A stretch of DNA of 45,700 nucleotides from a virus. Taxonomy: Duplodnaviria; Heunggongvirae; Uroviricota; Caudoviricetes. Within the stretch, counting starts at the first letter, position 1, and the number at the start of each line of letters is the position of its first letter. Made by a program: the position numbers and the translations under genes. Of this stretch, positions 9,765 to 18,112 are shown piece after piece. A model generated the notes under the pieces. That model saw only the letters and a program-made list of their open reading frames with translations. It was not told the origin of the DNA and did not search any database. The stretch covers positions 1 through 45,700 of IMG/VR virus record IMGVR_UViG_2563366840_000010; one strand, 5' to 3'.

Positions 9765-9983
9765 ATGTCCGCACTCGATAAAGCAATTAAAGCCGCTGGC
9801 TCTGCCAGAAAGCTCAGCATCGCGCTTGGTGTGACGAGTATGTCTGTAAGTCATTGGAAGAATCGTGACCAAGGGATCGTCCCGCCAAGCTATATCTTCC
9901 CGATTTTCAAAATGACAGGCGTAACCCCCCACGAGCTGCGCCCTGATCTCTATCCAAATCCCACTGACGGATTACCAAAGTAG
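9765..9983 (+). CDS. Cro-like / YdaS-family HTH regulator (72 aa)
   Basis: AGGAGAAG RBS; small HTH protein divergent from the repressor. Confidence 0.8.
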   Translation: MSALDKAIKAAGSARKLSIALGVTSMSVSHWKNRDQGIVPPSYIFPIFKMTGVTPHELRPDLYPNPTDGLPK

Positions 9984-9994
9984 GAGCACTGACA

Positions 9995-10552
9995 ATGCAA
10001 ACACTTTCTTTTCAACAGAATAACAGAGCGCCATCAGAGCACCTGAAATTCCAGTATCAACACAGTGAGGCTGAAGGCCAGCCGGTCGATCACCGGGCTA
10101 TCTGTTCTGCCGTCCGCGCCTGGGCGGCGGCAGAGGGCCGCGTGGCGGTCGCTCTGGCGATTAAAGAGGCTGCCGAACAGGCCGAGCTTGACAGCATTGA
10201 CATGACCGGCAGCGCCGATGTGTGGAACGTGAAGCTGTTTCGCTGGCTGGACAACCACGAGAAATCACCGGCCTACCGGGCGAACGTCGAGCAGCTGGCG
10301 CCGGTAATAATTTCGGTTCTGCCGCTGGCGTACCGGGATCGCGTGATTAAGCACGACTGCTTTGCGGTTCGTGTCGCCAGGTCGGTGAAAGAAGACGCTG
10401 AGGCGATACAGGCTGTCGTCCTCAAAGCCCCCAGACACGAACGGATGAAGGAAATCAGCGAGAGCATCGTAGCCAAGCTCTACCTGGACGGACCTGATTC
10501 TGTGGCGCCCATTATGGCGATGGTTACAACGATGCTGGGTGGTGCGCTATGA
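9995..10552 (+). CDS. YdaT-like / CII-position regulatory protein (185 aa)
   Basis: Follows the cro-like gene with AGGAG RBS; segment FRWLDNHEKSP..LAPVIISVLPLAYRDRV resembles Rac YdaT from memory. Confidence 0.6.
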   Translation: MQTLSFQQNNRAPSEHLKFQYQHSEAEGQPVDHRAICSAVRAWAAAEGRVAVALAIKEAAEQAELDSIDMTGSADVWNVKLFRWLDNHEKSPAYRANVEQLAPVIISVLPLAYRDRVIKHDCFAVRVARSVKEDAEAIQAVVLKAPRHERMKEISESIVAKLYLDGPDSVAPIMAMVTTMLGGAL

Positions 10553-10636
10553 CGGGCTCAGAAATGGCGAAAGCCGCGGTGCTCGAACACCAACGGCTTT
10601 CAGGTGCAAAAACTGTGCGTAATTGCGGAGAACAGT

Positions 10637-11545
10637 ATGTCAAATACCGCTGAAATAATCAATTTCCCAAATAAAACCGAACAACCGGGAGGTCGTATGG
10701 CCGACCTGTCGAACGGGTATACCAAGGTCGCTAACGAGATCCAACAGCTTAAGCCTCGCCTGAGACTGTCAGGCCGGGAATGGCAATGTTTTGAGGCGGT
10801 GATCTGGCTTACCTACGGCTGGAACAAGAAACAGGACCGCGTGACAAATACGGTTATTGCCGAGCTTACGGGCCTGAGCGATACGCATGTATCGGACGCG
10901 CTTAAGTCTCTCGCAGAACGCAAAATCATCTTTTCACAGAAGCAGGGCATGATGAAAATCGTCGGTGTAAACACTGACCTTTCAGCATGGATTTTAGACA
11001 AACCGGAAACGGGAAGAAAATTCCCGAAAACGGGAAAATCCTTCCCGAAATCAGGAATAACCTTCCCGAAAACGGTAGACACCCAATACAAGAACAAGAA
11101 CAGTATTAAAAGATCTTCGTCCGAGAATTCTGACGAATCCTCTGACGCACGTCTGAAGAAATTTTTATCAACTCATCCTGAAGCTGCGGTCTACACACCA
11201 TCCGGTGCGAAGTGGGGCTCTGCTGAAGACCTCGAGACAGCTAAGTGGATTTCCTCCAGGGTGAAGCTGATTAACCCAACCTGCAAAGCCCCGGACATGA
11301 CCTCCTGGTCTAACACTGTTCGCCTGATGCGCCAGATAGACAACCGGTCGCACCAGGACATCTGCGCGCTGTATGACTGGGCTAGCAAACACCACTTCTG
11401 GCAGACCAACATCCTGAGTCCCGAAAGCCTGCGTAAGCAGTGGGACAAGCTGACAATGCAGCGTAACGCCGGAGGTGAGCAGCGCGCTGTCAAGCCAGAT
11501 CTGGACTTCAACAACACTGACTGGGCCTATGGGGTGATCCGATGA
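10637..11545 (+). CDS. O: replication initiator, lambda O-like (302 aa)
   Basis: N-terminus MSNTAEIINFPN parallels lambda O MTNTAKILNF; GGAGAA RBS; iterons inside the gene. Confidence 0.8.
   Translation: MSNTAEIINFPNKTEQPGGRMADLSNGYTKVANEIQQLKPRLRLSGREWQCFEAVIWLTYGWNKKQDRVTNTVIAELTGLSDTHVSDALKSLAERKIIFSQKQGMMKIVGVNTDLSAWILDKPETGRKFPKTGKSFPKSGITFPKTVDTQYKNKNSIKRSSSENSDESSDARLKKFLSTHPEAAVYTPSGAKWGSAEDLETAKWISSRVKLINPTCKAPDMTSWSNTVRLMRQIDNRSHQDICALYDWASKHHFWQTNILSPESLRKQWDKLTMQRNAGGEQRAVKPDLDFNNTDWAYGVIR
11003..11075. repeat. origin iterons: four copies of TTCCCGAAAACGGGAA-like inverted-repeat units at ~20 bp spacing, followed by an A/T-rich tract
   Basis: Seen directly at 11004..11017, 11021..11038, 11041..11057, 11061..11075; encodes the GRKFPKTGKSFPKSGITFPKT protein repeat. 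Confidence 0.65.
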
Positions 11546-12231
11546 AATCTCTTGCAGAGCAGATGCGTAACCACGACCGCGAGCAGATGAGCCGCATGGC
11601 CCATAACCTGCCAGAGCAGTACCAGGAGTGCGCGCCGGTCGAGCAGGTGGCGCAGGTATTCAACAAGCTGTTCAACGAGCTGCGCGCCGCGTTCCCGGCC
11701 AGCATGGCGAACTTCCGCACCCAGGAAGACCTGAACGAATTCCGCCGTCAGTGGCTGCTGGCGTTTCAGGAGAACGGGATCCACACCATGGCTCAGGTCG
11801 ATGCCGGCATGCGCATTGCCCGCCGCCAGGAGCGCCCATTCCTGCCGTCGCCGGGCCAGTTCGTCGCCTGGTGCAAGCAGAGCGGCGGCGCGCTGGGCGT
11901 CAACGTTGACCAGGTGATCGCCGAATACTGGGACTGGCGTAACCGCTCGTTCGAATTCATCTCCAGCGAGCAATTTCCATGGTCGCAGCCGGTCATGTAC
12001 CACATTTGCGTAGAATTGCGCCACCGCAGCACCGAGCGCCAGTTAACGCATGGTGAACTGGCACGCGAGGCAGGCGATCTGCTGGACATGTGGGAAAGGC
12101 GCGTCACCGAGGGTAAGCCAGTGCCGCCGGTACGCCGGGCTATTGCCGCACCAGCTGCCGAGCAAGGGCCGACGCCGATCCAGCTGCTGCTGGCCAAGTA
12201 CAACCGCAACAAGTCGAACGGGATGGTGTGA
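11542..12231 (+). CDS. P: replication protein P-like helicase loader (229 aa)
   Basis: Start overlaps O stop; position and size as lambda P. Confidence 0.7.
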   Translation: MKSLAEQMRNHDREQMSRMAHNLPEQYQECAPVEQVAQVFNKLFNELRAAFPASMANFRTQEDLNEFRRQWLLAFQENGIHTMAQVDAGMRIARRQERPFLPSPGQFVAWCKQSGGALGVNVDQVIAEYWDWRNRSFEFISSEQFPWSQPVMYHICVELRHRSTERQLTHGELAREAGDLLDMWERRVTEGKPVPPVRRAIAAPAAEQGPTPIQLLLAKYNRNKSNGMV

Positions 12232-12290
12232 CATGAACATAACAATCCGTGAGCAGGTGCTGGCAGCCCTGCGCAACAACCCAGGGTTGA

Positions 12291-12473
12291 ACAACGCCAA
12301 ACTGGCAGGGCTTCCCGGAGTGGTACATCATCGATCAGGACTATCGGGGGCAGAAGTACGCGAAGGACAAGCAGGTTGCGCGTTGTGGCAACGCAGTTCC
12401 GCCGCCATTCGCCGAGGCACTGGTGAGGGCTAATTTACCGGAGCTTTGTCAGCAGAAAGAGATCGCAGCTTAA
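12291..12473 (+). pseudogene. remnant of a DNA cytosine methyltransferase 3' end (...ARCGNAVPPPFAEALVRANLPELCQQKEIAA)
   Basis: Frame opens after a stop at 12288 with no start codon; GNAV motif-X-like tail; overlaps a 66-aa ORF from 12233 in another frame. Confidence 0.5.
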
Positions 12474-12537
12474 TGTCCGAGTTTCAGAACATGGTGTAAC
12501 AAATCCTGCTACTTCAATGACGTAGATTCAAACCTGA

Positions 12538-12543
12538 TATAAT
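12538..12543 (+). promoter_or_regulatory. TATAAT -10 hexamer of a putative promoter for the 78-aa gene
   Basis: Perfect TATAAT 30 bp upstream of the ATG, with a TGAC-containing -35-like region. Confidence 0.4.
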
Positions 12544-12572
12544 TAGGCTCTTCACAACACGAGGAGCCTAAA

Positions 12573-12809
12573 ATGCACCATTACATGATCCCTATCAACG
12601 GAACTGTTCACCTGATCAAGACTGACTCTCTAATCCCTGAAGGGACTGAGTATAGCTTTGAAGGAGAAAGTCTAATCTGCGCTCATGCCACTTTTAAATC
12701 TGGGACGTATGGCTTCCTGATACCAAAGGGAAATCAGTTGAATAGAGAGCATGCGTTCTGGCATGTAAGTGGAATTCACCCTAATCCCCTGGGAATGGAT
12801 AAATCGTAA
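12573..12809 (+). CDS. hypothetical small protein (78 aa), moron
   Basis: GAGGAG RBS; lies between two diverged copies of the methyltransferase 3' end. Confidence 0.6.
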   Translation: MHHYMIPINGTVHLIKTDSLIPEGTEYSFEGESLICAHATFKSGTYGFLIPKGNQLNREHAFWHVSGIHPNPLGMDKS

Positions 12810-12827
12810 TCCATAATATGCATGCCA

Positions 12828-12864
12828 TCGTCCTGAACATACGGTGGCATGCATCCGGCACTAC
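12828..12864 (+). terminator. 13-bp-stem hairpin (ATGCATGCCATCG...CGGTGGCATGCAT) just after the 78-aa gene; no T-tract
   Basis: Inverted repeat with one mismatch seen directly. Confidence 0.4.
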
Positions 12865-12920
12865 AACAGAAACGTTAAAGTGCAAACAATACAATTCGAG
12901 CAATATTCAACCTGTCACAG

Positions 12921-13064
12921 ATGGCGAATACCACCGCCATTTCGTGCATTCTGTGGTTTCTATTACCCATTGCGTTAATGCTGTCCAATCATCAGCTCGC
13001 TGAGGCGCTGGTTAGGGCTAACCTACAGGAGCTTTGTCAGCAGAAACAAATAGCGGCGTAATAA
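12921..13064 (+). pseudogene. second methyltransferase 3'-end remnant (47-codon ORF ending ...AEALVRANLQELCQQKQIAA)
   Basis: ~80% identical at DNA level to 12411..12472. Confidence 0.4.
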
Positions 13065-13078
13065 AACATCGCTAATTC

Positions 13079-13106
13079 AACCCGCTACGGCGGGTTTTCT
13101 TTTTTT
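13079..13106 (+). terminator. intrinsic terminator (CCCGC-tacg-GCGGG + T-rich run)
   Basis: Seen directly. Confidence 0.65.
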
Positions 13107-13168
13107 ACTACTGACAGAAAATTAACAATTTGTGCTCTTAAAGCGTTGATCATTTCCGCGCATAGGTA

Positions 13169-13188
13169 TACTGTATAAAAACACAGTA
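13169..13188. promoter_or_regulatory. LexA (SOS) box TACTGTATAAAAACACAGTA
   Basis: Exact CTGT-N8-ACAG with TA flanks, 19 bp upstream of the dinI-like ATG. Confidence 0.8.
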
Positions 13189-13206
13189 AATGCAATGGGG
13201 GCCATT

Positions 13207-13440
13207 ATGAAAGTTGAATTAACCATTGATCGCATGAAAGAACTTCCTAAAGGCGCAGTACCAGCACTGGAGAAAGAACTGCTTAAGCGCCTGAATGATC
13301 ACTATGACAATTGCAGGCTCACAATCCGCCGTGCCGGGGCCGATGGGTTAAGTGTTTTTGGTGGTGACAAGGACGATAAAAAGAAAATTGAATCAATCCT
13401 CCAGGATACCTGGGAAAGCGCTGACGACTGGTTTTATTAG
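13207..13440 (+). CDS. dinI: DinI-like SOS-inducible protein (77 aa)
   Basis: MKVELTIDR...ILQDTWESADDWFY closely parallels E. coli DinI including the WESADDWF C-terminus. Confidence 0.85.
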   Translation: MKVELTIDRMKELPKGAVPALEKELLKRLNDHYDNCRLTIRRAGADGLSVFGGDKDDKKKIESILQDTWESADDWFY

Positions 13441-13557
13441 AATTGCGCTTAAGGCTGGCGCGCATTTTTCAGAATACCGCAATTTGCGTAACCCTCTGAT
13501 GCTGCTGCCGACAATCTTTAATCGCGTCTGTTAGTCGCTCGAAGGGAGAACATAAAT

Positions 13558-13806
13558 GTGAGTGATTCAGCTTTGCAAACGTCAGAAGACAACTGGTATG
13601 ACATTGTAAGAAGGTCTGACGGCTGCGTGGTGTTTAGCTTTCCTTCATCGGGCAGGCATCTAATTTATCGCGTCAATGGCATGGTTTCTATGCGGCCTTT
13701 GCTGGATGATGAAGAGGTCTTTACTCCTAATGGTTTTATGCAGTTTATTCACCGTCTCGGCTACCGGGTAACCCCACCTTCTGATAATATGAAATCAACG
13801 GTCTGA
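13558..13806 (+). CDS. hypothetical protein (82 aa, GTG start); candidate LexA-controlled antirepressor
   Basis: GAAGGGAGAA RBS; directly downstream of dinI in the same unit. Confidence 0.45.
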   Translation: MSDSALQTSEDNWYDIVRRSDGCVVFSFPSSGRHLIYRVNGMVSMRPLLDDEEVFTPNGFMQFIHRLGYRVTPPSDNMKSTV

Positions 13807-13840
13807 ACAACCGTAACCTACTGCGCCACGGAGAGAAACC

Positions 13841-14440
13841 ATGGCGCACGAACTACAACTCATCAAGCATTCCTCAGGAATCCTGATCCCCGCTACGCCG
13901 GAGACCAGTGATTTACTGCAATCAAAAATCAAACTCGGCTCCGTACTGGTGGCTGAGTTCCGGCAGGTACGCAACCCGGCCTTTCACCGTCGTTTCTTCG
14001 CGTTACTCAATCTCGGTTTCGAATACTGGGAACCCACCGGCGGGGCAATCTCCTCCAACGAACGCAAGCTGGTAACCGGCTATGCCAAGTTCCTTGCCTC
14101 ATTCGCGGGAAGTGAAGCAGCACTCCTGGATGCTGCTGAGCAATATCTGGACCGCATCGCCGATAAGCGCGCCGGTAGTATCAGCATCTGCAAATCCTAT
14201 GACGCATATCGTGCATGGGTGATCATCGAGTCTGGCCACTACGACGCCATACAGCTTCCCGACGGCACCCTTCGCAAACACCCCCGCAGCATTGCCTTTG
14301 CCAACATGGACGAAACCGAGTTCCAGCAGCTGTACAAAGCCGCGCTCGATGTTCTGTGGCGCTGGGTATTGTCCCGGGCATTCAAGGACCAGCGTGAAGC
14401 GGAAAACGCCGCATCGCAGCTCATGAGCTTTGCGGGGTGA
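13841..14440 (+). CDS. conserved phage protein of unknown function, nin-region (199 aa)
   Basis: Clean ORF with plausible start. Confidence 0.6.
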   Translation: MAHELQLIKHSSGILIPATPETSDLLQSKIKLGSVLVAEFRQVRNPAFHRRFFALLNLGFEYWEPTGGAISSNERKLVTGYAKFLASFAGSEAALLDAAEQYLDRIADKRAGSISICKSYDAYRAWVIIESGHYDAIQLPDGTLRKHPRSIAFANMDETEFQQLYKAALDVLWRWVLSRAFKDQREAENAASQLMSFAG

Positions 14441-14646
14441 TGGCGATGAAATATTCCTGGTTCCACCATCACGAATGCACAACCGATCAGGCCGACGAGC
14501 TGGTGGCCAGTTACCGTCGTCGTGGCGCCACGGTAGAACGTAGCCTGAATCGCGACAACATCACCTGGACTATCAGCGCAAAATTGCCTGAATGCGAGCA
14601 TCCGGCGCGTACACCAAGAACCTTTCGACAAAAGGTCTGGGGGTGA
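14437..14646 (+). CDS. hypothetical small protein (69 aa)
   Basis: Start overlaps upstream stop; ends just before the ninG start. Confidence 0.4.
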   Translation: MMAMKYSWFHHHECTTDQADELVASYRRRGATVERSLNRDNITWTISAKLPECEHPARTPRTFRQKVWG

Positions 14647-14648
14647 TT

Positions 14649-15260
14649 ATGGCTAAGTTACCGCGCCGGAAGTGCGCCAACAAGGAATGCCGCCAGTGGT
14701 TCAATCCAGTACGCGACACGCAGACCGTCTGCGGTTATGAGTGCGCCAGCGCCGTCGGGAAAGAGCAGACCAGAAAAGCCCGGGAGGCTGCACAACGCAA
14801 AGAGTCTGCCAAGCAGCGCGCCACTGAGAAGAAAGAACGTGCAGCCTGGCGCCAGCGTAAAGCTGCAGTTAAGCCGCTGAAGCACTGGATTGACCTGACT
14901 CAGCGTGCCTTCAACGACTGGCGGCGTGAAATGCTGCTGGCCGCCGGGCACGGCTGTATCTCCTGCGGAACCAAGACTGCGTTTGCCTGGCATGCCGGGC
15001 ATTACCGGACCACGGCAGCCGCACCACAGCTTCGCTTTAACCTGGACAATATCTGGCTTCAGTGCTCCGCCTGCAACGTCCACAAATCCGGAAACATCGA
15101 GGCGTACCGAGCCGCGCTGGTGGAACGTTATGGCGAAGAGCTGGTACTAGCGCTCGAGAACAATAACGCTCCGCATCGTTGGACTATTGAAGAACTGAAG
15201 GAAATCAGACTGACCGCGCTGGCTGACCTGCGCGCGCTGAAAAAGCAGGAGGCAGCATGA
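14649..15260 (+). CDS. ninG: NinG/Rap-like recombination protein (203 aa)
   Basis: Cys-rich motifs (CANKEC, CGYEC, CISCG, CSACN); listed ORF start trimmed to the ATG with GGGGGTG RBS. Confidence 0.75.
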   Translation: MAKLPRRKCANKECRQWFNPVRDTQTVCGYECASAVGKEQTRKAREAAQRKESAKQRATEKKERAAWRQRKAAVKPLKHWIDLTQRAFNDWRREMLLAAGHGCISCGTKTAFAWHAGHYRTTAAAPQLRFNLDNIWLQCSACNVHKSGNIEAYRAALVERYGEELVLALENNNAPHRWTIEELKEIRLTALADLRALKKQEAA

Positions 15261-15397
15261 CATTCGAATCCTATTTTGCCGATCACCTCCGCGTTCGCTG
15301 GCAGCGGCTTCGCTTATACCACTTTCCCGGCTCTGTGCTAACGGACTACCGGATACTGAAGAATTACGTGAAAACTTATGCTGGAGAAGCGCTATGA
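15257..15397 (+). CDS. small protein (46 aa) translationally coupled between ninG and Q
   Basis: ATG overlaps the ninG stop; stop overlaps the Q ATG. Confidence 0.35.
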   Translation: MTFESYFADHLRVRWQRLRLYHFPGSVLTDYRILKNYVKTYAGEAL

Positions 15398-16176
15398 ACC
15401 TTGAAAACACAGTGAAATACCACTTCGCTAAATCCACACTGATTAGCGATTCTCCGCGCGCTACCGCCTCCGATTCACTGACCGGTACCGACATAATGGC
15501 TGCCATGGGCATGACGCAGGAACGCGCCGCAATGGGTTACAGCGCCTTCCTCGGCAAGATGGGCATAAGCAATAACGACCGGGATCGGGCGATCGGTCTG
15601 CTGGCTGAGTACGCGATGACAAAATGCGACAAGGTTGCCGCACTGCGTAAGCTCGGTGCCGCGGTTAAACCTCAGGTGATGCACCAGTTGGCCACCTTCG
15701 CTTTTGAGGACTATTCCCGCAGCGCTGCCAGCGTGAAGCAGTGCGATTGTTGTGACGGTCAGGGCTTCATTGAGGCTGACGTGTTTACCAATAAATTCCG
15801 TAAGCCAGAAGGGAGAATGACCGTGTCCGGGATGGTGAAGGTCAAAGAATCCATCAAAGTGCTATGCAAAAAGTGTAATGGCTCTGGTGTGGTTAGTGCT
15901 TCTTGCAGTGATTGCCATGGGCGCGGCAAGGCAGTGAACCAGGCTCTTACTGAGAAACAGGGCGTTCCTGTTCTGGCTGACTGTAAGCGCTGCGGAGGGC
16001 GTGGGTATGAACGACTTCCGTCGACTGAAGCCTATGCTGCTGTATGCCAGATTACTGACGCCATTAGCCTGGACACCTGGAAAAAGTCTGTTAAGCCATT
16101 CTACGACCTGCTGATCACGAAATTTGATATCGAAGAGTCCTGGGCCGAAAAACAGCTTAAGCAGATAACGCGGTAA
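15394..16176 (+). CDS. Q: late antiterminator Q, lambda-Q family (260 aa)
   Basis: SDSPRATASDSLTGTDIMAAMGM matches lambda Q; zinc-finger CxxC pairs; followed by a pR'/qut-like sequence. Confidence 0.85.
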   Translation: MNLENTVKYHFAKSTLISDSPRATASDSLTGTDIMAAMGMTQERAAMGYSAFLGKMGISNNDRDRAIGLLAEYAMTKCDKVAALRKLGAAVKPQVMHQLATFAFEDYSRSAASVKQCDCCDGQGFIEADVFTNKFRKPEGRMTVSGMVKVKESIKVLCKKCNGSGVVSASCSDCHGRGKAVNQALTEKQGVPVLADCKRCGGRGYERLPSTEAYAAVCQITDAISLDTWKKSVKPFYDLLITKFDIEESWAEKQLKQITR

Positions 16177-16224
16177 CGCCTATAGCGATAGCCTATGATT
16201 TTGTCTTGGGCTATTTACTTTTCC

Positions 16225-16300
16225 CGAATCTGTGTTAATTTTGTCCCAACGATGGGTTAATTCGCTCGTTGTGGTAGTGAGATAAAAAGAGGCGGCGCTT
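16225..16300 (+). promoter_or_regulatory. late promoter pR' / qut-like region
   Basis: caacgatgggttaattcgctcgttgtggtagtgagat... appears near-identical to the lambda pR'-qut sequence as I recall it. Confidence 0.5.
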
Positions 16301-16381
16301 ACTACCGATTCCGCCTAGTTGGTCACTTCGACGTATCGTCTGGAACTCCAACCATCGCAGGCTGAGAGGTCTGCAAATGCA

Positions 16382-16441
16382 ATCCCGAAACAGTTCGCAG
16401 GTAATAGTTAGAGCCTGCATAACGGTTTCGGGATTTTTTAT
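16382..16441 (+). terminator. tR'-like terminator (long hairpin atcccgaaac...gtttcgggat + T-run), end of a 6S-like leader
   Basis: Seen directly; matches the lambda tR' region from memory. Confidence 0.75.
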
Positions 16442-16443
16442 TT

Positions 16444-16518
16444 GGGTCAGTCGTATAAAGGTCATTACGGAAGGCTGTTAACCTTCTTATCGTGGTTCGA
16501 GTCCACGCTGTCCCGCCA
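16444..16518 (+). tRNA. tRNA-Asn (anticodon GTT), phage-encoded
   Basis: Hand-folded cloverleaf: acceptor stem with one T-T mismatch, D-loop with GG, anticodon stem GAAGG/CCTTC and loop CTGTTAA, T-arm CGTGG-TTCGAGT-CCACG, discriminator G, CCA. Confidence 0.55.
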
Positions 16519-16554
16519 AACATGCTGGTTTAGCTCCAATGGTAGAGGTGGTAA

Positions 16555-16980
16555 ATGCCGAGCAAAGATTACTATCTTAATCGAAGGGCTAGGCTTGCTA
16601 AGGCCGTGGAAAAGTTGGGTGGTCGTTGCGCGAGTTGCGGATCCGAATATTCGCTTCAGTTTGACCACATAGACCCTTCCACCAAATCAGCAAATGTAAG
16701 CGAGATGCACTATCACTCAGATTCGGTGTTTTATGCTGAGGTTGAAAAGTGCCAACTACTATGTTCTGCATGCCACATTCAGAAAACCAAATTTGACCTT
16801 AGCTACTTAGTAGCTGGTGAGCTGAATGGTATGAGCAAGCTAACAATGGACAGCGTCCAGTTCATCAGAGAAAACTACATTCCACGACATAAGGTTTATG
16901 GAGCCAGAGGGCTAGGGAGAATGTTTGGTGTAACACATCAAACAGTGCTTTCAGCCTTAAATGGCGAAACCTGGAAATAA
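16555..16980 (+). CDS. HNH endonuclease (141 aa)
   Basis: CASCGS...DHIDP...CQLLCSACH HNH motif. Confidence 0.8.
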   Translation: MPSKDYYLNRRARLAKAVEKLGGRCASCGSEYSLQFDHIDPSTKSANVSEMHYHSDSVFYAEVEKCQLLCSACHIQKTKFDLSYLVAGELNGMSKLTMDSVQFIRENYIPRHKVYGARGLGRMFGVTHQTVLSALNGETWK

Positions 16981-17397
16981 GCTGCGCGTCAGAGGTTCGA
17001 TTCCTTTGCCCGCTCCAGTAAAAGCTTTCCAGTCTGCGATGATGGGTTCCCCGGAGTGACTGGAAAGCGACCTGGTTTTGAATGGGCGCTGCTTTTTGCA
17101 AAATTGCTGTGTGAAAATACTGACCTTTGGGTTCAGCGCTCATCCAAAAGCATCACGTGAATTCACCAACGCTCATGTACTCTCCAGGAAACAATAAGTG
17201 ATTCTGAAAAGTTCCGGTTAGATATTGCCCCGGTCACCGGATGATTTTATCTTTTGGTTCGTGGTGAATCCCCCTATGCGGCGGGGCGTCCAGTCAAACT
17301 TTTTTGTCCAGGTTTGTTTGCGCGGAACTAGTCGGCTGGGGCTGTTCCACCGGGAGGCACCCGGCGCCACCTCCTTGACGGTATTGTTATTTTTCAT

Positions 17398-17424
17398 GCC
17401 TGTTCGTCCGAGCAGGCTTTTTTT
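17398..17424 (+). terminator. intrinsic terminator (GCCTG-ttcgtccgag-CAGGC + T7)
   Basis: Seen directly; no convincing plus-strand CDS upstream. Confidence 0.6.
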
Positions 17425-17455
17425 GCCCGCATTATCTTCATTGAAAACTGGCAAC

Positions 17456-17626
17456 TCAGAGAATCATCCAAATTAAAAAAGCAGCAACGAGAGCGATTAC
17501 TAATACATTCTTCGCTTTTTCTCTTCTGCTGGCCTTCACAAAAGGATTCACTATCCGGCAGTGGCTACACACAAGTGATTCTGGGTTAATTAACTTTCCG
17601 CAGTAGGGGCAGGGCTTGATAATCAT
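17456..17626 (-). CDS. possible small zinc-ribbon membrane protein (56 aa)
   Basis: Unlisted ORF MIIKPCPYCGKLINPESLVCSHCRIV... with hydrophobic C-terminus; no clear RBS. Confidence 0.25.
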   Translation of the reverse strand: MIIKPCPYCGKLINPESLVCSHCRIVNPFVKASRREKAKNVLVIALVAAFLIWMIL

Positions 17627-17833
17627 TGGTACTAATTAAGTTGTGAGAACGTAGTCTCATTTAACCACATTTATCGAGTTGTTTTACTAATGGTCTAGTT
17701 ATTTCAGACATATTCATCAATTTCAGGCTCACGGGAATCATCCGCTACGTGCTTTGTTGATAAATCCAGCCCGTGAAGCCTGACCCTTTTCAAACACACA
17801 CACAGCGCCATCCGAAAAATCGGAGGTGAGGCT

Positions 17834-18112
17834 ATGACCAGAATGAGCACCATTTACAGCAGACTTTCATATGGAACAGGAACCACGCTGACCGGCTGCG
17901 GTGTATCAGCGAAGGCATATGCCGAAACAGCTAAAACAGCAAAAGAGGTGTCCTGGATGTTGGCCGACAGAATTGCAGGGTTAAGCCTGAGCGACTGGGC
18001 AATTATTGTCGGTATCGCATGCACTGTTATTACCTGTGCAGTGAACTGGTATTTCCGCTGGAAAGAACGGGAGGATCGGCGCAATGGCTATGCCACCAAA
18101 GCTGAAGAATAG
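17834..18112 (+). CDS. pinholin, phage-21 S21-like (92 aa)
   Basis: GGAGGTGA RBS; two TMDs; C-terminus [11 protein letters not shown] parallels S21 YFKIREDRRK. Confidence 0.8.
   Translation: MTRMSTIYSRLSYGTGTTLTGCGVSAKAYAETAKTAKEVSWMLADRIAGLSLSDWAIIVGIACTVITCAVNWYFRWKEREDRRNGYATKAEE

Noticed and set aside
9279-9932. Full 217-aa minus-strand ORF as the repressor
   Set aside because: The upstream 90 codons run through the operator/promoter region and over the cro-like gene; the ATG at 9662 gives a typical 127-aa HTH repressor.
11003-11075. Possible CRISPR-like repeat array
   Set aside because: Only four short palindromic units inside the O gene encoding a peptide repeat; this is the iteron origin, with no spacers or cas genes.
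11527-12331. Several overlapping ORFs on both strands within and after the P-like gene
   Set aside because: Overlap the P-like CDS in alternative frames; Arg/Ala/Gly-rich composition typical of spurious ORFs.
16940-17017. A second complete tRNA gene
   Set aside because: Only the T-arm, acceptor 3' strand and CCA are recognisable; no complementary 5' acceptor strand upstream, which lies inside the HNH gene.
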